Assembly (NCBI GenBank): GCA_964016885.1
Contig: OZ024741.1
Location: forward strand, 279,992,001 to 280,056,000
From: Eledone cirrhosa
Taxonomy: Eukaryota
Direction of reading: 5' to 3'
DNA: 64,000 nt
Below the pieces are notes generated by a model. It was not told where the DNA came from. It saw only the letters and a list, made by a program, of their open reading frames with translations, and made no database searches. Both the position numbers and the translations under genes were made by a program. This document shows positions 43,228-57,200 of this stretch, one piece after another. Positions within the stretch are counted from its first letter, which is position 1. Each line of letters starts with the position of its first letter.

Positions 43228-44361
43228 CTCGCTCTTTAGCCTTAATAAAATTAATATACTGTATGTATATATATATATATATTTATATATATAGCAAAGG
43301 TAGAACTATACAAACAATACTCGAATGAAAGTAGAGAATTATATGATAGTATGTAATTGCCACGTCTTTTTAGGATTAGCTCAATGTGTTTATATAATAT
43401 ATATGTTTGAAGAGAAAGAAGTTATTAGTGATAAAGAATTGGAGCTATAGGCATAAACACAGAGCAAACATAAGCAAGTGTATCGATAGAAAAATCTATC
43501 ATTTAAAAAATCACATTTATTCCCTTTTAATGATAGAAGTTGATTTTTCCATCGATATACTTGTATATAAAGAGGTGTGCGAAAACACGCACACTCAATC
43601 ACATGCTACAACTAGATGCACTGAAGTTTCCTTTTAATAATTTTTGAGGCATTATATATTTGAAATTTGTATGAATTTCTCAAAGACAAAATAGAAATGA
43701 ATATTGCTGCATCTAATTATGATGCCTTTCTTGTCAAATAGATGGATATCTTCATTCTATAATGTATTTTCTAAAATCGCTGTAGCTGCAGTTTCATTAC
43801 ATTTTCCTTTTCCATTAATCTTTTCTTAATGTGAACCCTGTGTGGCTAATAAAGAAATCAAGACCGTTTCCTTTTCCTAGTTCTCTACATTCTCAAAACA
43901 GAATTTAATAATAATAATAATAATAATAATAATTGTTTCTACTTTTGGCACAAGGCCAGCAATTGTCCAGTGAAAATACTGGTGCTTTATTTTATCGACC
44001 ACGTAAGGATGAAAGGCAAAGTTAACCTCGACGGGATTTAAACTCAGACCGTAAAGGGACGTAATAATAATAATAATAATAAATCTTTCTTTATTGGCCA
44101 CACGGGCCTATAGGGAGCAATAAAAAAGACGGACAATAATGGTTTCTGATTTCGGCACAAGCCCAACAATTTGGGGGAAGGAGAAAGTCGATTAAATTGA
44201 CTCCAGTGCATTACTGCTGCTTTATTTTACCGACCCCGTAAGGATGAAAGTCAAAGCTAACCTCGGCGGGATTTGAACTGAGACTGTAAAGGACCGTAAC
44301 CCTATACTGCAAAGGGTGGTGTCCGACGCTCTACTGATACTGTCAATCCATCGTCCTTACA

Positions 44362-46330
44362 TAATAATAATGATGATTTCTTTATTAACCACAGAGGGTT
44401 TACATCAAGAAAAACATTATGACAGTACAGAACAAAAACAGAATGTGTATGAGTGTGGGTTTTGCGTGTAAACACATTTTAACAATAACATTAAAACAAA
44501 GGAAGTTCCTCAATAAGGAGGAGACGGGTGCCCTGATCTTAACGGTGAACGGCGACCACACTTTTTCACCGTTAAGGAAAAGATGGAGATGTAGTCTCAG
44601 CACATGTCTGCGCATAATCAGCCACTGCATTCCTAGTCCTCCACGCAGCGGGTGTTGACAGCAGATGGACTGCCTGACCATCAGAACGCGTCTCTTCCAT
44701 TAGAAACAGAAGAGCAAACGCTCCAGTGCAGTCAAGCGGGGTTGGGGGACAAGGCACGATTGTCAGGCGGTCGTAGATGATGTACGCATTCGCCACCTCA
44801 GCCCTACCTTTCAGGAACAACTTTCTCTCGGCCCATTTCTGGGTGAGATTGGCCACTCTGTCCGTCATCTCGTTCCAGTTTCTGTCCAGATCCCGAATGT
44901 CCTGTCCGTCCAGCGTCCGACGACGTTGATGGATGGCATGATCATGTCCTTCCATGTGCCGAGTTGCAGGCCCACTGACCTTTCTTGGTTGATTTTCGCT
45001 AGCGCTTGCCTTTGCTAATCAGCTCTGCCTCTGCTCTAGTTTTTTTCAATTGCTACGGCTATGCTAAACGTTATCGATTCTACTCTAATCGCCCTTTTCG
45101 GGGCGTTCCATCATTTGGTGTTGACGATTGCTTCCGTTAACGCCCGCTTCCGTTAACGCCCGCTTAACTAATTCGCTAATCCGGTCCCTTTAGGCTTTGC
45201 GCGTGAGGAATGAGGCGTTCAGCTTCCAGTAACTGGGTCCTTGCCTATGGTGCCTATCTAGATTTATTACACACGTCACAAATTTATGGTATGTATATTC
45301 GACTATCTTAAATTGTGGACAACCTATGCTAAGCTTGTTTACTTCCCTACAGATACGATCGGGATGACCCGATGCGGTTTGTCATGTCCACAGGTGGAAG
45401 CGTCTGAGCAGTTTTGCGAGGCTTTTACACCCTCCTCCCCTATCCACTAGTCACACACAGTCTCAGCGTGCATCTGAAATGCCATTCCAGTCGCCCACTA
45501 AGACTAAAGAGCGAGACGTTCCTAGAAAGGTTTCCAGGCGTCGGAAGAAATCAGTTCGTCATGTCCCTGTCGAAGCATAGACGGCCACTAGCCTGAAGGC
45601 GGGCTCTTCTCCGCTGGTCACGCCCAGCACCACCAACTTACCCTCTGGATCCAGGAAGATGGTCCGTATTGCGGGATCCATGCCTTTCCGGAACAACACT
45701 GCAACTCCGCCTCCAGATCCCGGACGGCTCGGAGATGCGTACACCACGTAGTTGAGCAGGTGGCCCTGCTTCCAGGACGACCCTACCGTGACTGCTATTT
45801 TCGGTGGTATTTGCAAAACTTTGATCCTTACTAGTCTCATTCCTCAGTAGAATGGGACGAGCAGGATCTCATCACCCTGTAAGTCTTCATGGAGTGAGAT
45901 CTTGTTTCTTCCTCCATAGCAAATCTCACCTCCACCGTACCAAAAGCCCTGCCTCTTTGTATATAGGTTTTTAGGTTCCATATGGAACCTAAAGCCTTTT
46001 GAATTTGAGCTTCTGTGGCTCTCTCTACCTTCTTCGTTTTCAACCCAATAACATGATATGTCACTGTGACGTATCGTATTTTGAATTGTTTCTGGGGCGG
46101 GGAAGGGGGTTCTTGAGTCTGATAATATGACCAGTCTTTTCTTCAAGATTCCTGGCTTCTTTTATTTCATCTTCATAAAAGTTTATTTTCCTGAAAGATG
46201 ACTTGATAGCAGTAAAAGAAGAAGCTTTAATAGTACTATTAACTGTTTTTTTTTTTCGTTGGGGGTGTTTTTTGTTGTTGATGCTGCTTCTGTTGTTATC
46301 CTCATTCTTGTTATTTTTTTCCGGTGGTCT
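44362..46330 (-). mobile_element. Degenerate, internally deleted Tx1/L1-clade LINE
   Basis: ORF1-like remnant at 45840-46150. Endonuclease remnants SGGGVAVLF, GKLVV..VAVYA and GPSYWKLNASFL; C-terminal remnants WAERKLFLKGR and PLRGGLG. AATAAA and an (ATT)n tail at about 44362-44390. RT core absent. Confidence 0.8.
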
Positions 46331-47002
46331 TGTTTATAGGCGGCGAAATGGCAGTCGTTAAGACGTCGAATAGAATGAATGCTTTACGCCGTTAAGTTTA
46401 CGGTATTCGTCCCATATTGTGCGCTCTGAGTTCAAATTCCGCCAGGGTCAACTTTGCCTTTAATCCTCTCGAGGTCGATTCTTCTTCCATAGAAAAAATA
46501 GGCTGTGTTCAGACCTGAAGAGGGTTGGGCTCCCCCAGATTTAAAAGTACCCTAAACACGCCGTATGACGGTGTCCGCGATTCCACAAAGAGTTGTGGGA
46601 TCTTTATCCTTGTTTATTATCTCGTTTTTCCATTGTTGTTGGCATTACTATTCCTGTTGGAACTGTCTATGTTTTTATCCTTAAAAGAATATCATTCAAA
46701 ATCGTATTGTTTTTCACCTCCAAATTCGTCTCCTTTATACAGACGCTGTAGTGAAGATGAAAGAAAAAAAATTGCACAGTTTTACAAAACCGACACCCCC
46801 TCAGGGGAGTGCCGTATGAGCTCGACTGACCCACCTGTGCCAAGCAGGTCGGTTTTTCTAAACCTTTGTCACGTTTAAAACTTGAACAAAAGATTAAAGG
46901 CGGTTGAAATGTAAACAAATAGTGAACATTTTACCGGAGCTGATGTGAAGCGTGGCTTCCACCTCAGGATTCAATAATAATAATGATTTCTTTATTAACC
47001 AC

Positions 47003-47158
47003 CAGAGTGGGATTTACGTATAAGCTAAACAAGCTATAGCTTAGGGCCCCCACACAAAAAGCACCGACAATTTGTCGCTGACATAAGACATCTGGACATA
47101 TAAAGGGCCCCATTATCTCAAATAGCTTAGGGCCTCTTCAAATCTAAATCCGGCCCTG
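47003..47158. mobile_element. hAT-like MITE with 8-bp TSD TTAACCAC
   Basis: TIRs CAGAGTGGGATTTA / TAAATCCGGCCCTG; TSD at 46995-47002 and 47159-47166; empty-site paralog at about 44375-44440. Confidence 0.9.
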
Positions 47159-48066
47159 TTAACCACAAAGGGTTTACATCAAGAAAAACATTTTGACAGT
47201 ACAGGACGAAAACATAGTGCGTGTGCATATTGTTGTGTGATTTTTGCACCAATCTAATCTATAATAAAGTAAGGAGTGTGGGACTACGTCCAAAATATAT
47301 TTTTTTATCCCGTTTGTAAAATAATTTGGATTACTTTGAATACATAATGAATGGATATTACATAATTTATCTACTAAATTTCGTTATTCTTGATTAAATA
47401 TAAATAATATTGTTGCTTATTTAAAGATTCACTTCTTTAAAATTTTCAAATGTCAACACTTCCGGTTAGCGATAAATAAACATTCATATATTTCCGTCAC
47501 TAATTTTCTCCTAATGCAGTTTATATATAATATCGTCTTTTTTTAATGTATCATGGATTACGTTACTGATTACATAAGAGAGTGTAACGCAGTCTTCGTT
47601 TAATTTCTGTGTATATTGTCAATTACGATTTTATTTGGGGTATCATATCTACATGCATATATACTTGCGTATAATATCAATATACACACTACACATGCTA
47701 GCATCCGATGGGTGGTTTTTCTGCAAGTAATACTAATAATGGTTTCTGATTTAGGCACAGGGCCAGCAATTTTAGGGGAGGGGAAAGTCGTGTGACTGGT
47801 TCTTTGTTTTGAAAGGCAAAGCTAACCTCGGCGGGATTTGAACTCTGAACATAAAGGGTCTTAACTTTATGTCGCGAAGCAGGGTTTCCGATGCTCTACC
47901 GATACTGCCAATCCACTGTCCTCTGATTTTTTATTAACCATAAGAAATACATGACAGCACAGGACGAGAACATAGTGTGTGTATGTGTATGGGTTTTACG
48001 TGTAAACAAATTTAATAATGTTAAAAAAGAAAGACAACGATAAATAATGATAATTATTATAATAAA

Positions 48067-48237
48067 TGAATATAAAAGAAAGATAAACACAGATATATAC
48101 ATATATGTGTTCAAATCGTAAGGGACTAGATTCGCTAAGGTGAGTTAGTATTTTTTTCACCTTAGCGAATCTGGTCCCTTACGATTTGAGCACATACGTA
48201 TATGTATATATCTGTGTTTATCTTTCTTTTATATTCA
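48067..48237. repeat. Long hairpin: about 77-bp arms with a 13-nt loop
   Basis: 48067-48143 pairs with 48157-48237; two substitutions and one 4-nt insertion. Confidence 0.9.
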
Positions 48238-50195
48238 ATTATAATATACGGCTCGGAAAAATTCTTTCCTAGAGCTATTTTATTGTAAGTGACTATTTTG
48301 AGTTTCTAATCAATATACACCTTTGATAATTATTATTGTTAAAATAAAGTACCAGTAATGCACTGGGTAATTGCTGGCCTTGTGCCTAAAGTAGAAACAA
48401 TTATTATTAATATTACTTTCTATTTGCCACAAGGGTCGACAAAGAGGGGACAATACAAAGATCAGGAACAGCAGGGGTTTACATAGAAATCGAGTAAAAT
48501 ATATAAACAGATAACAAAATGTATTACAATGAAAATTCCCCAATAGAGGGGTGGGAGGCACTCAGAGGTGACTTAAGAACCCAATAGTAATAATAATAAT
48601 AAAATATTCTCTTTTAATGCTGTTTGGCTGCTGCAGGTTTGTCTTCTCCCCCACCACACAGCTTTTCTTTTCCTTTTTTTAACATTGCTAGTAGCAGAGA
48701 GACTTTCATTTAAGAAGCAGAAAATTTTGAAGTGAAATATACTAATTAGTATTTTTGAAAATGTTGCAAAACTACTGATTCCATTGAAATGTCAATTTAG
48801 CATGCTTCTATTTAGTTGCAACGGAATGTTTTATTTGTGGATGTCAAATTAAAGTATTTGAGCATAGAAAATAAATTGTAAAAATCAATATATATTTTTA
48901 TAATTTCATAGATCTATTACCATTATTGTAGTCAAGCTATTTCCTATGATGTCATTAAGTCTACATTAAGGTTTTAAACTTGCTATTTAATCCCATCTGT
49001 CATAATTCTAGAATTACTGAAGTCTTCTTTTCCTATGTATGTTGAATTCAGATGTTTCTTATAGTATTTAGACTAAAGTCACACCCCAGCCTCTGTCCCA
49101 CAGACGTGCTGTTGTTTCTCTTTGTCCTTTCTACCTATACTACAATGAAAAAAAAAAAAATGAAATGAAAATTACACCTCACACCCATGCTTGCCTCGTA
49201 CAAGGCTGCATTTCATAGAAGGCTTCTTGGGTGTTTTAATAATTCATGCCCCAGTCTTATCATGAAAAGCAATGTGAAATGAAGTGTCTTACTCAAGAAC
49301 ACAATGTGCTGCCTGGTCCAGGAATTGAACCAACAACTTTATGATTATGAGTCCAACACCCTAAACTCTTACCATCTCCATTCAGGCACTCCCAATTCAC
49401 TCATCTCCCCACCTCTCATCACCATACAACCACTCACCCAGCTATGCACTAACCACAATGCCCAATCTTTCTTCATCCATACAACTCTCTGAAATTCTCT
49501 CGATGTTCAGTACAACAGCTCTCAGTGACTCCCGCCCTGTTCATTACAACAGCTCCCTGGGACTCCCGCCCTGTTCAATACAACAGCTATCTGGAACTTC
49601 CTTCCTGTCCATGCCTTTCCTAGAAACATTAATTAGCAACAGTTTAAGCAGAACATATTAATCTCACCAGTTTCAGAGGACCTGTGAAGGCCAGACCTAA
49701 TAAGTAAAACAAAAAAAACATTCAAAAAAAATCTACCAGCAACTAATTTTTCACTTTAAAAATATTTGCCTAGTTTCCTTTATATAAAGAAAAATATTAC
49801 TATATTAAGAATTAGTTTATTTTCCATATTTTCCTGTTCTTAAATTGTATCTTTTTATAGTCATTCCCTTATTTACCTACTAAAACAAACCTAGAATTAG
49901 CATGCAAATCTCCTCCTGCCATCATAAAAAAGAAAGACATATTGGGAAATGTAATCCCTAATATACAAAGACTGGTGGCAAATTGGCAGTCATTAGAACA
50001 TCAGATAAAATGCTTTACAGTATTTGTTGCTGCTCTCTGCCCTCTCTGAGTTCAAATCCTTCCAATGTCAACTTTGCCTTTTGTCCTTTTGATATTGATA
50101 AAAAAAAAAAAGTACCATTCCAGTAGCGAAGTTGATTCTTTATATTTGTTTCTCACTCCTCCCCTCTCTCTCAATATATATATATCTATATGTAA

Positions 50196-50826
50196 ATATA
50201 TGGAGAATAGAAATGGCTGTGTAGTTGCTATTTCAGGTAACCTAAAATCCAGTGGCAATACGAAGAAAGCAAGAACGGGCAGTTGTCTACTGGGAGTCTC
50301 GGATATTTCTACGCTTTAAAGACAAGATATCTACCGCCCAGCATGTTTAATAACTGGGTAAGTTATTGGGAAAACGGAAGAAGGAGCAAAGGGGAAGAAA
50401 AGAGAAAACAGTAACAAAACAGCGAAAAAAACAACAATGCGAGCAACTATAGGTAGGAAATCCAAGACCACTCGATAAGAGAACTTAAGTTCAAGACTGA
50501 GTGGTCGAGAGGAAGGAGAGAGACACACATCATCGCCGCAGTTGTAAGTGAGAAGAGAACTGCTAAACAGTCAGGCGAGGGAGGGAGAGGGAGAAAGTGG
50601 GGGTAAGAGTAGATAGGGAGAAGGGGAGAGGAAGAAAGAGTAGAAAGTGGCGAAATAGGTAGGTAGAAGGGGAGAGAAGAATGGTCACAGCGAAAAACAT
50701 GATGAAATATATGGAGAATAGAAATGGCTGTGTAGTTGCTATTTCAGGTAACTTAAAATGCAGTGGGAATATGAAGAAAGGGGAGGGGGGGGTTCCTCGT
50801 CAGTTGTCTACTGGGGTCTCAGATAT
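50196..50826. mobile_element. Unclassified element with about 110-120-bp diverged direct terminal repeats
   Basis: ATGGAGAATAGAAATGGCTGTGTAGTTGCTATTTCAGGTAAC...CAGTTGTCTACTGGG occurs at about 50199-50306 and 50711-50825; TA-rich flanks. Confidence 0.6.
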
Positions 50827-50935
50827 ATATATATATATATATAAGTATGTGTGTGTGTAAAAGGTAAACAGAAATAAAGCAAACAACACAATTGAAGAAA
50901 TATTTTAGTTTAACACTTGAAATAACAGGAAAAGA

Positions 50936-50973
50936 ATCTTAATGTTTCAGACACTAGTCTTTCATCAGAAGAT
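50936..50973 (-). ncRNA. Degenerate minimal hammerhead relic
   Basis: AUCUU-CUGAUGA-A-AGAC-UAGU-GUCU-GAAACAUU^AAGAU; consistent with CpG decay of a palindromic AACGUU stem III. Confidence 0.55.
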
Positions 50974-53884
50974 AGAATTAGGTAAAAAGAAAAATTGAGA
51001 AGAAGAAGGAATAGAAAAAAAATGAGAAAAAAACATGTACGTATTCAGTCAGCCATATATATACATACAAGAAATCAGCTAGGTTTAAAATGCCCAAAAC
51101 ACACAATATGCCACCACAGCGCCCCTACAACTACATCAGGAGTTACAGGTCCATGCATACATTATACAAAAAGGTAGGATAGTCATGACCTGAATCTTTT
51201 GTTTTTGTTTTTTAATCACAGAGCTGCTCAATCAGGATTGACCTAGGGCTGAACAAGAACAACAAAAACCCCAAAACCCAAAACTCTGTTGTAATTAGTG
51301 CTAGTAACCATTAAACGCTATCATATTTGATCTTTCAGATTTGGGCTTTAAAATTATGGGTTAATCTGTTCTTAACTGGTAATACAAAGAAAGAAAACTC
51401 TATAGCTTTTATTTGATAATCTGCCAGTTTATCTTGTGTTTTATATCATTGTTCTTTTAAGATCTATTTTGTTTTTGTGAACAATGTCAAGGCTTTTTGT
51501 TAGTAAATTATTTAGTCTGTTTTTCTGATCCTCACCACTCTCTTAAAAACATTTTGTATTTACTATTACTAATATCTTTTTTTATTGAACAGAAAGCTAG
51601 TTTTTCAAGAAGTATTTAGTTGTCATCAACATGGTATTTCAGTTTTTCCATGCTGGCATGGGGGTTGACAAATCAACATAATCTGCCTCGTCTTGTACAC
51701 TCAACGGCAGAAGAAACTACCTAACTTTGGTGTTGTGTATGCCTTTCAGAGGGGACTGGGTACATTTTATCACACTATCACACTCCTGGCACCAGTGAGG
51801 TTTATCTGGGTAAGAAGCCTGAAGATTCCTCCTTACCATGTATCAAGATACTGCCTTCCCGGTTGGGTAGCCTTTGATGGGACTTGTAGAGTCCACATCT
51901 CACCAATATTTTTATTTCATTAGTTTCATTTTTGGTGTGTTTTCTTAGGCTATACCTTTGCTACCACCAACCACTTTGTAGATTGTACTGGGTGTTTTTT
52001 ATCATGCCACCAACACCAGAGAGGTTGCCACATGTGAGGAGAATTAAAATGTCTCCTCTACTCTGTATGGTATGGTATGGTCCCGTATCTCCTGGTGAAG
52101 TCATAAGGGCACTGTAGTGACTTACGGCATTTCTTGGGCATTTTAAGGCTGATGGAGCCCATCTCCTCTCCAGGCTTGAATACAGCAGATTTCTTCTAGA
52201 GAAGAATAGAAAGTGACAAAGAAGTGAGAAAAAGATATAGAGGAAGAATTGACCTCATTACTAGACTGGTACTTTTTTTATCAACCTCAAAAGGATGAAA
52301 GGCAAAGTTGACTTCGACTCAGAGAGCAGAGAGCTGGAATGAATACCATAAAGTACTCTATCTGACATTCTAATGACTGCCAATTGCCACCGTATCCTCT
52401 ACACTGTATATGTTCTTATTTGAAGTTACTGCTTACCTAAACAGGTAGCCTTCAATGCAGCATATGCAGTTCATGTCTCATATGTTTCATTTTGGAATCA
52501 ACTGTAGAAAACCAGTTAATTGCTGCTTTTTATTTTAATGGTTACAAAGTCAGCCTCAGTTATATTTCAACTGAAGAGGGATAAATATAAATGTAACACA
52601 TTTAATATGATACATTAGTGTCTCAGCAATTTCCAAAGCCATTGTATTTTGTAGTGATGATTATTTTTCTTCTAGAATGAACATAATGTTTGATTAGAGA
52701 GAGTTTTGTCTGATATTGACTTTTATTTTATCATTTTACATACATTAGTATCCCCATGTTATATAGGCTGAATAAAATTTATGTAAAGAACTCAATAATA
52801 TGGTGTTGTATTAAAGTACACTACAGTTTTTGGTTCTATAATAGAACATATAATTTGATTATAGTTCACTTTGTTGTAGACACTGCTGTTTTATTGTTTG
52901 GATACTATCAAATTAATTCAACGTTAAGGCTCCAATAATTTCATTTTACATAGAATATCTCATAAAAATAAATTAGATTGTACATAGTGTTGCTACTTGT
53001 TATAAAATTTACTTTTTACTCTGTTTTGTAATGCAAGAGATAAGTATTTTGGAATTATTCTGGTGAAGAGAAATTTTTTTCATATGAATTATCCTACTTC
53101 TATTTCTTTATTTCTTGAAATTCTGATTTTCTGATTTCTATTAGAATTTTCCAAAGCTTGGACTCAGTTTTAAATTTTGAAATCAACTTTATCAAAGAAA
53201 TATTGTTTTCAGCTTAGAATTCTACATAGCCATCTACAACAGGTAAATCTAGAAGAATTTCAAAGTATATGTCAACTTTTAGTGTGTTAAAGAGATTTTG
53301 ATCTCTGATTTGGAATGTGATTTATTGGTTGAATGGTTAAGAAATTCACTTCATAGTCATTAGGGCCAAGGTTCAATCCCACTGCATGGCACCTTGGTCA
53401 AGTGTCATTTTCCATAGCCATGTCTTATGAGTGGAACTGGGTAGACAGAAACTGTTTGGAAGCCTAGCAGATGGACTGCAACTGTAATTCAAAAGGCCGG
53501 CCATGTCACATTCTGAATTTCCTTGAGAATTAAGAGTACACGTGTCTGTGGAATACTCAGCTACTTACATAATAATTTCATAAGCCGGCTGTTCCATTGA
53601 TCAAACAACTGGAACACTCATTGTCAAACCTGATGAATATTCATTCCATTTTATGAGCAACTAGTATTCAGTGGAGGGTTTCTATACAATTTCCTTTTCA
53701 TTTGTCATTTGTCGTTGTAGAAGATTATTTGGTCATATTTGGTGCCAGGTTTTGCAAAATTCTCCAGACATATACTATGACATACCTCTCTAATGATATC
53801 ATTGTTTCTACTCCTTGCATGGGTTATCACATTATGAGGCTAGATAGGTCAGGTGACCACATCTTGCTCATACATTCTGTTTTA

Positions 53885-54218
53885 GGTTTGGTTTTTTACA
53901 GCTGGATGCCCTTCCTCATAGCAACCTCTTTACAGTGTGTACTGGGAGCTTTTTATTGTGGCACTAGCACTACCATCTTACAGAGTGGACTGGGTGTTAT
54001 TTGTTGTGGCACCAGTACAACCACCTTACATAATGTTTAGATGCTATTTATCATGGCACCAGTACAAGACTAGATGCTTTTTTTTTGTGGCACCAGTGCA
54101 ACCACCTTACAGAGTGGACTGGGTGCTTTTTGATTTGGTACTAGCATTGCCACCTTACAGGGCAGACTGGGTGATTTTTGCCATGGCTCTAGTACAGCCA
54201 CCTTACAGGATGGACTGA
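53885..54218 (-). repeat. About 45-bp tandem expansion (about 6 copies) of an internal SINE-A segment
   Basis: TTACAGAGTGGACTGGGTG..TTTGTGGCACCAGTACAACCACC repeated, adjacent to CAGCTGGATGCCCTTCCT. Confidence 0.7.
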
Positions 54219-57200
54219 TTGATCATTCTATAAAATGAATTTTAGAATTATATAATGATTAATAAAGATCCCTGACTGATTTCCATTTTTCTGAAGAAAT
54301 GTGTTTTATGGTGTACTTCCCAGACTTAGCTATGCCGCTTTAAAAAAATATCCTGAATGCTAAATGATTAATGGCAGATGATTTCATTGACATTCAAACC
54401 ATAATGACTGACCAACTCTATAACATTTCAGGAGGCGCGTTCTACAGTTGCTTTGACATTTTTCGAAACATTAGTTCCAGTTTTGCTAGGGAACCTAATA
54501 TTACAAAAAGAACAAATCATTATAAATCACTGTGACCTTTGAGTAGCTCCTTTCAATTATCCACCTGTATTATTTTAAATATATACTTTATTCTTACTTT
54601 TTCACTTCAGGCTACAGCTTTATCTCTGTCTCTAAACTAGTTTTCTCAATATTTAGATCAGCCAGATTGCTAATTTGTTGAAGCCAGATTGTTTCTGGAT
54701 CCACAGAAAGTCTGTTACTATTCACTTAATGTCAGTATTTGTATTCTACCAGAAAGAATAACACTTGGTATTATATTTCAATTTTGACCCACTATGTGGA
54801 TAAATTTTTTCGGTTTCTTTATTTCTGCAACCCCATTTCATATAGTCTTTTATTTATTTTAGCTTCTCTCATTAAAAATATATTGTATAGAGTGATGGAG
54901 GTAGACAAAATAACTGAATGGTCAAGGTATTAGATAGACTACCTGTTTATAGGTTGTGGGTGTATGCACATGGCTTAGTTATTAGAGTATTCAGCTCGTA
55001 ATTGTATTAGTTCAGTTCCTGGTGGTTCCTTGTGTTCTTGAGCAAGACACTTTATTTCATATTTCTCCAGTTCACACATCTGGTAAAAATGAGTTGTGCC
55101 TGTGATTCGAAAGGCCAGCCTTGTTACATGCTGTGTTGTGCTGAACCTTTCTGAAAGTTATGATATGGGTGGAATGCTCAGCCACTTCCATGTTAATTTC
55201 ATGGTTAGGCTGTTCCATTGAAGCAATGGTCATCAGAAATGACAGAGGTTCAACAACAAGTTGTGAGTTCAAATATGTTAAAAGTGTTTTGATGTGTTTC
55301 TAGTCAGAATACTTTTATTTTGCATTGTCATAAACCACCTAGTTGTTGCAAATAAGTATTAGATTATCTGGGGATGCAGTCGACACAACTATCCTTTCTA
55401 GGAGAAGGTTTATCTCTCATTCACTTCACATCATTCACTTACATTCATTCTTACTATGGAAATAGCTGAGATAGTTGAATACAAAAATTGGATGCTTTGC
55501 ATGATTGACTTTGCTACTTTACATTCAAATTTTGCCTGGCTGGTTTTCTTTTACTCCGCTCTAAGAATGGAAACATTTTGAGGTAATTTGATCAACTATA
55601 TCACACTTTAAAATGCTGAAATTGGGTACGATAAAGCAAAAAAAAAAACTCATCTATTTTCTAGGACCATGAGGCAACATACGCCTAGGCTTCCATATGT
55701 CAGAGAGCATTCTCTCACATGATGGTGGTGATAGTGGTGGTCTATGTATATATTCTTCAGTTGATGGTATATAAAAATAGACAGACACTCTACAAAACTA
55801 TTTTCACCACTAATTCCCATAAATAACTGTAGATAATTCAGCTGACCATGTGCTGTGGATATATATATTCACAGCTTTATAAATATTGTTACTGTTCAGT
55901 TGACTAACGAAAATATATTATTTGTTCCTGATTTATTTTAATATTTACATGTAGAATTCTTGTTTCAAAATTTTTTTTTTTTTTTTTATTAATTCAATCT
56001 TCAAAGGTGGTTTGTTACAGTCATTACACTCTATCAGTCAATTTCATACAATATTTCAAGATATAGTTTCACCTTTCTTCCAATTACCCATCGATTCACA
56101 AAGCGACAAAAATATTCTTTCTGATGTGTTTGTTATTTTTAAAAGCTACACTTCAGATTTTTAACCAATTAATGCTTCTCTTGTAACAAAAAATAAATAA
56201 ATAAGTAAACATATAAAAATATAAAAATAAAAAATAAAAAGAGACAGTCTCAAAGATTACAACCTTGGAAATTTCAGCAGAGTAAAGTTGTGAAGTATCT
56301 GATTCTGAAACCACGAAAAGATCCTCAATTTCCTTCACAGTTGAAATTTCCATTTAGACCAGCATTAAAGTGATGAGCAGTTAGGTAGTTAAAGTCTGCA
56401 TTATTGATATTCTTAAAATATGAATGAGGTTTTCTTCAATTTATGGATTGGTTCTGTACTATAGGAACATGTCTTTGATAAATAATCGAGATTAGTCACG
56501 TAACTTTACTGCTTTTGATAATTTATATATGTTTTTTTTAAAACTATAGTAAAGAAATAGCTTAAACATTAATGATTTGATACTTCTGGCTCTTTATGTT
56601 CTGAGTTCAAATCCCACTGAGGTTAGTTTTGCCTTTCATCCTGCCAGGGTTGATAAAATAAAGTACCATTCAAGTACCTGAGTTGATTTAATCAATTAAC
56701 CCTTTTCCAAATTAGAAACTTGGTGGTGCCTGGGATCATATGTAAGTGATTTGAGGGCTTCCAGCCCACCATGAAGTCAGTGGCTCTGCTTTGAATACCA
56801 ACGTAGTCTGGTAGCCACCAGTCCAACCCTTGCTGGCAGGGAAAGCAGACATTAAATGATGAGGATGATGATAAAATCAGACCTGGCACCTGATGATGTT
56901 GATGATGATAGAATAGCCATAAGTTTATGTAAAACCATGAAATATATAATTTCTTTTGAAATAGTATTTTTTCAGAGGCCTTAAATTCTTGAGTTGGTGT
57001 AAACTTCACTAAAGGTGCTGTATGAAGAGAAAACATTTCTGAAAACTAGATTCTTTGTTTTATACTTGTCATCTCTTCTATCTCAAGAGTTGCTATCTAA
57101 TACTTTTATTCTTTACATCAAGATGGGAACACATTCTAGAACTGTAAATGAGAAAATACTGCTTCACTTCTCTTCACATTAGGAAGAAATAGCCTTAAAT

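Noticed and set aside
46512-46570. Hammerhead-like CUGAAGA-GGGU...ACCC-UAAA-CAC...GUGUC
   Set aside because: GAAA is mutated to UAAA and there is no stem I pairing; at best a dead relic
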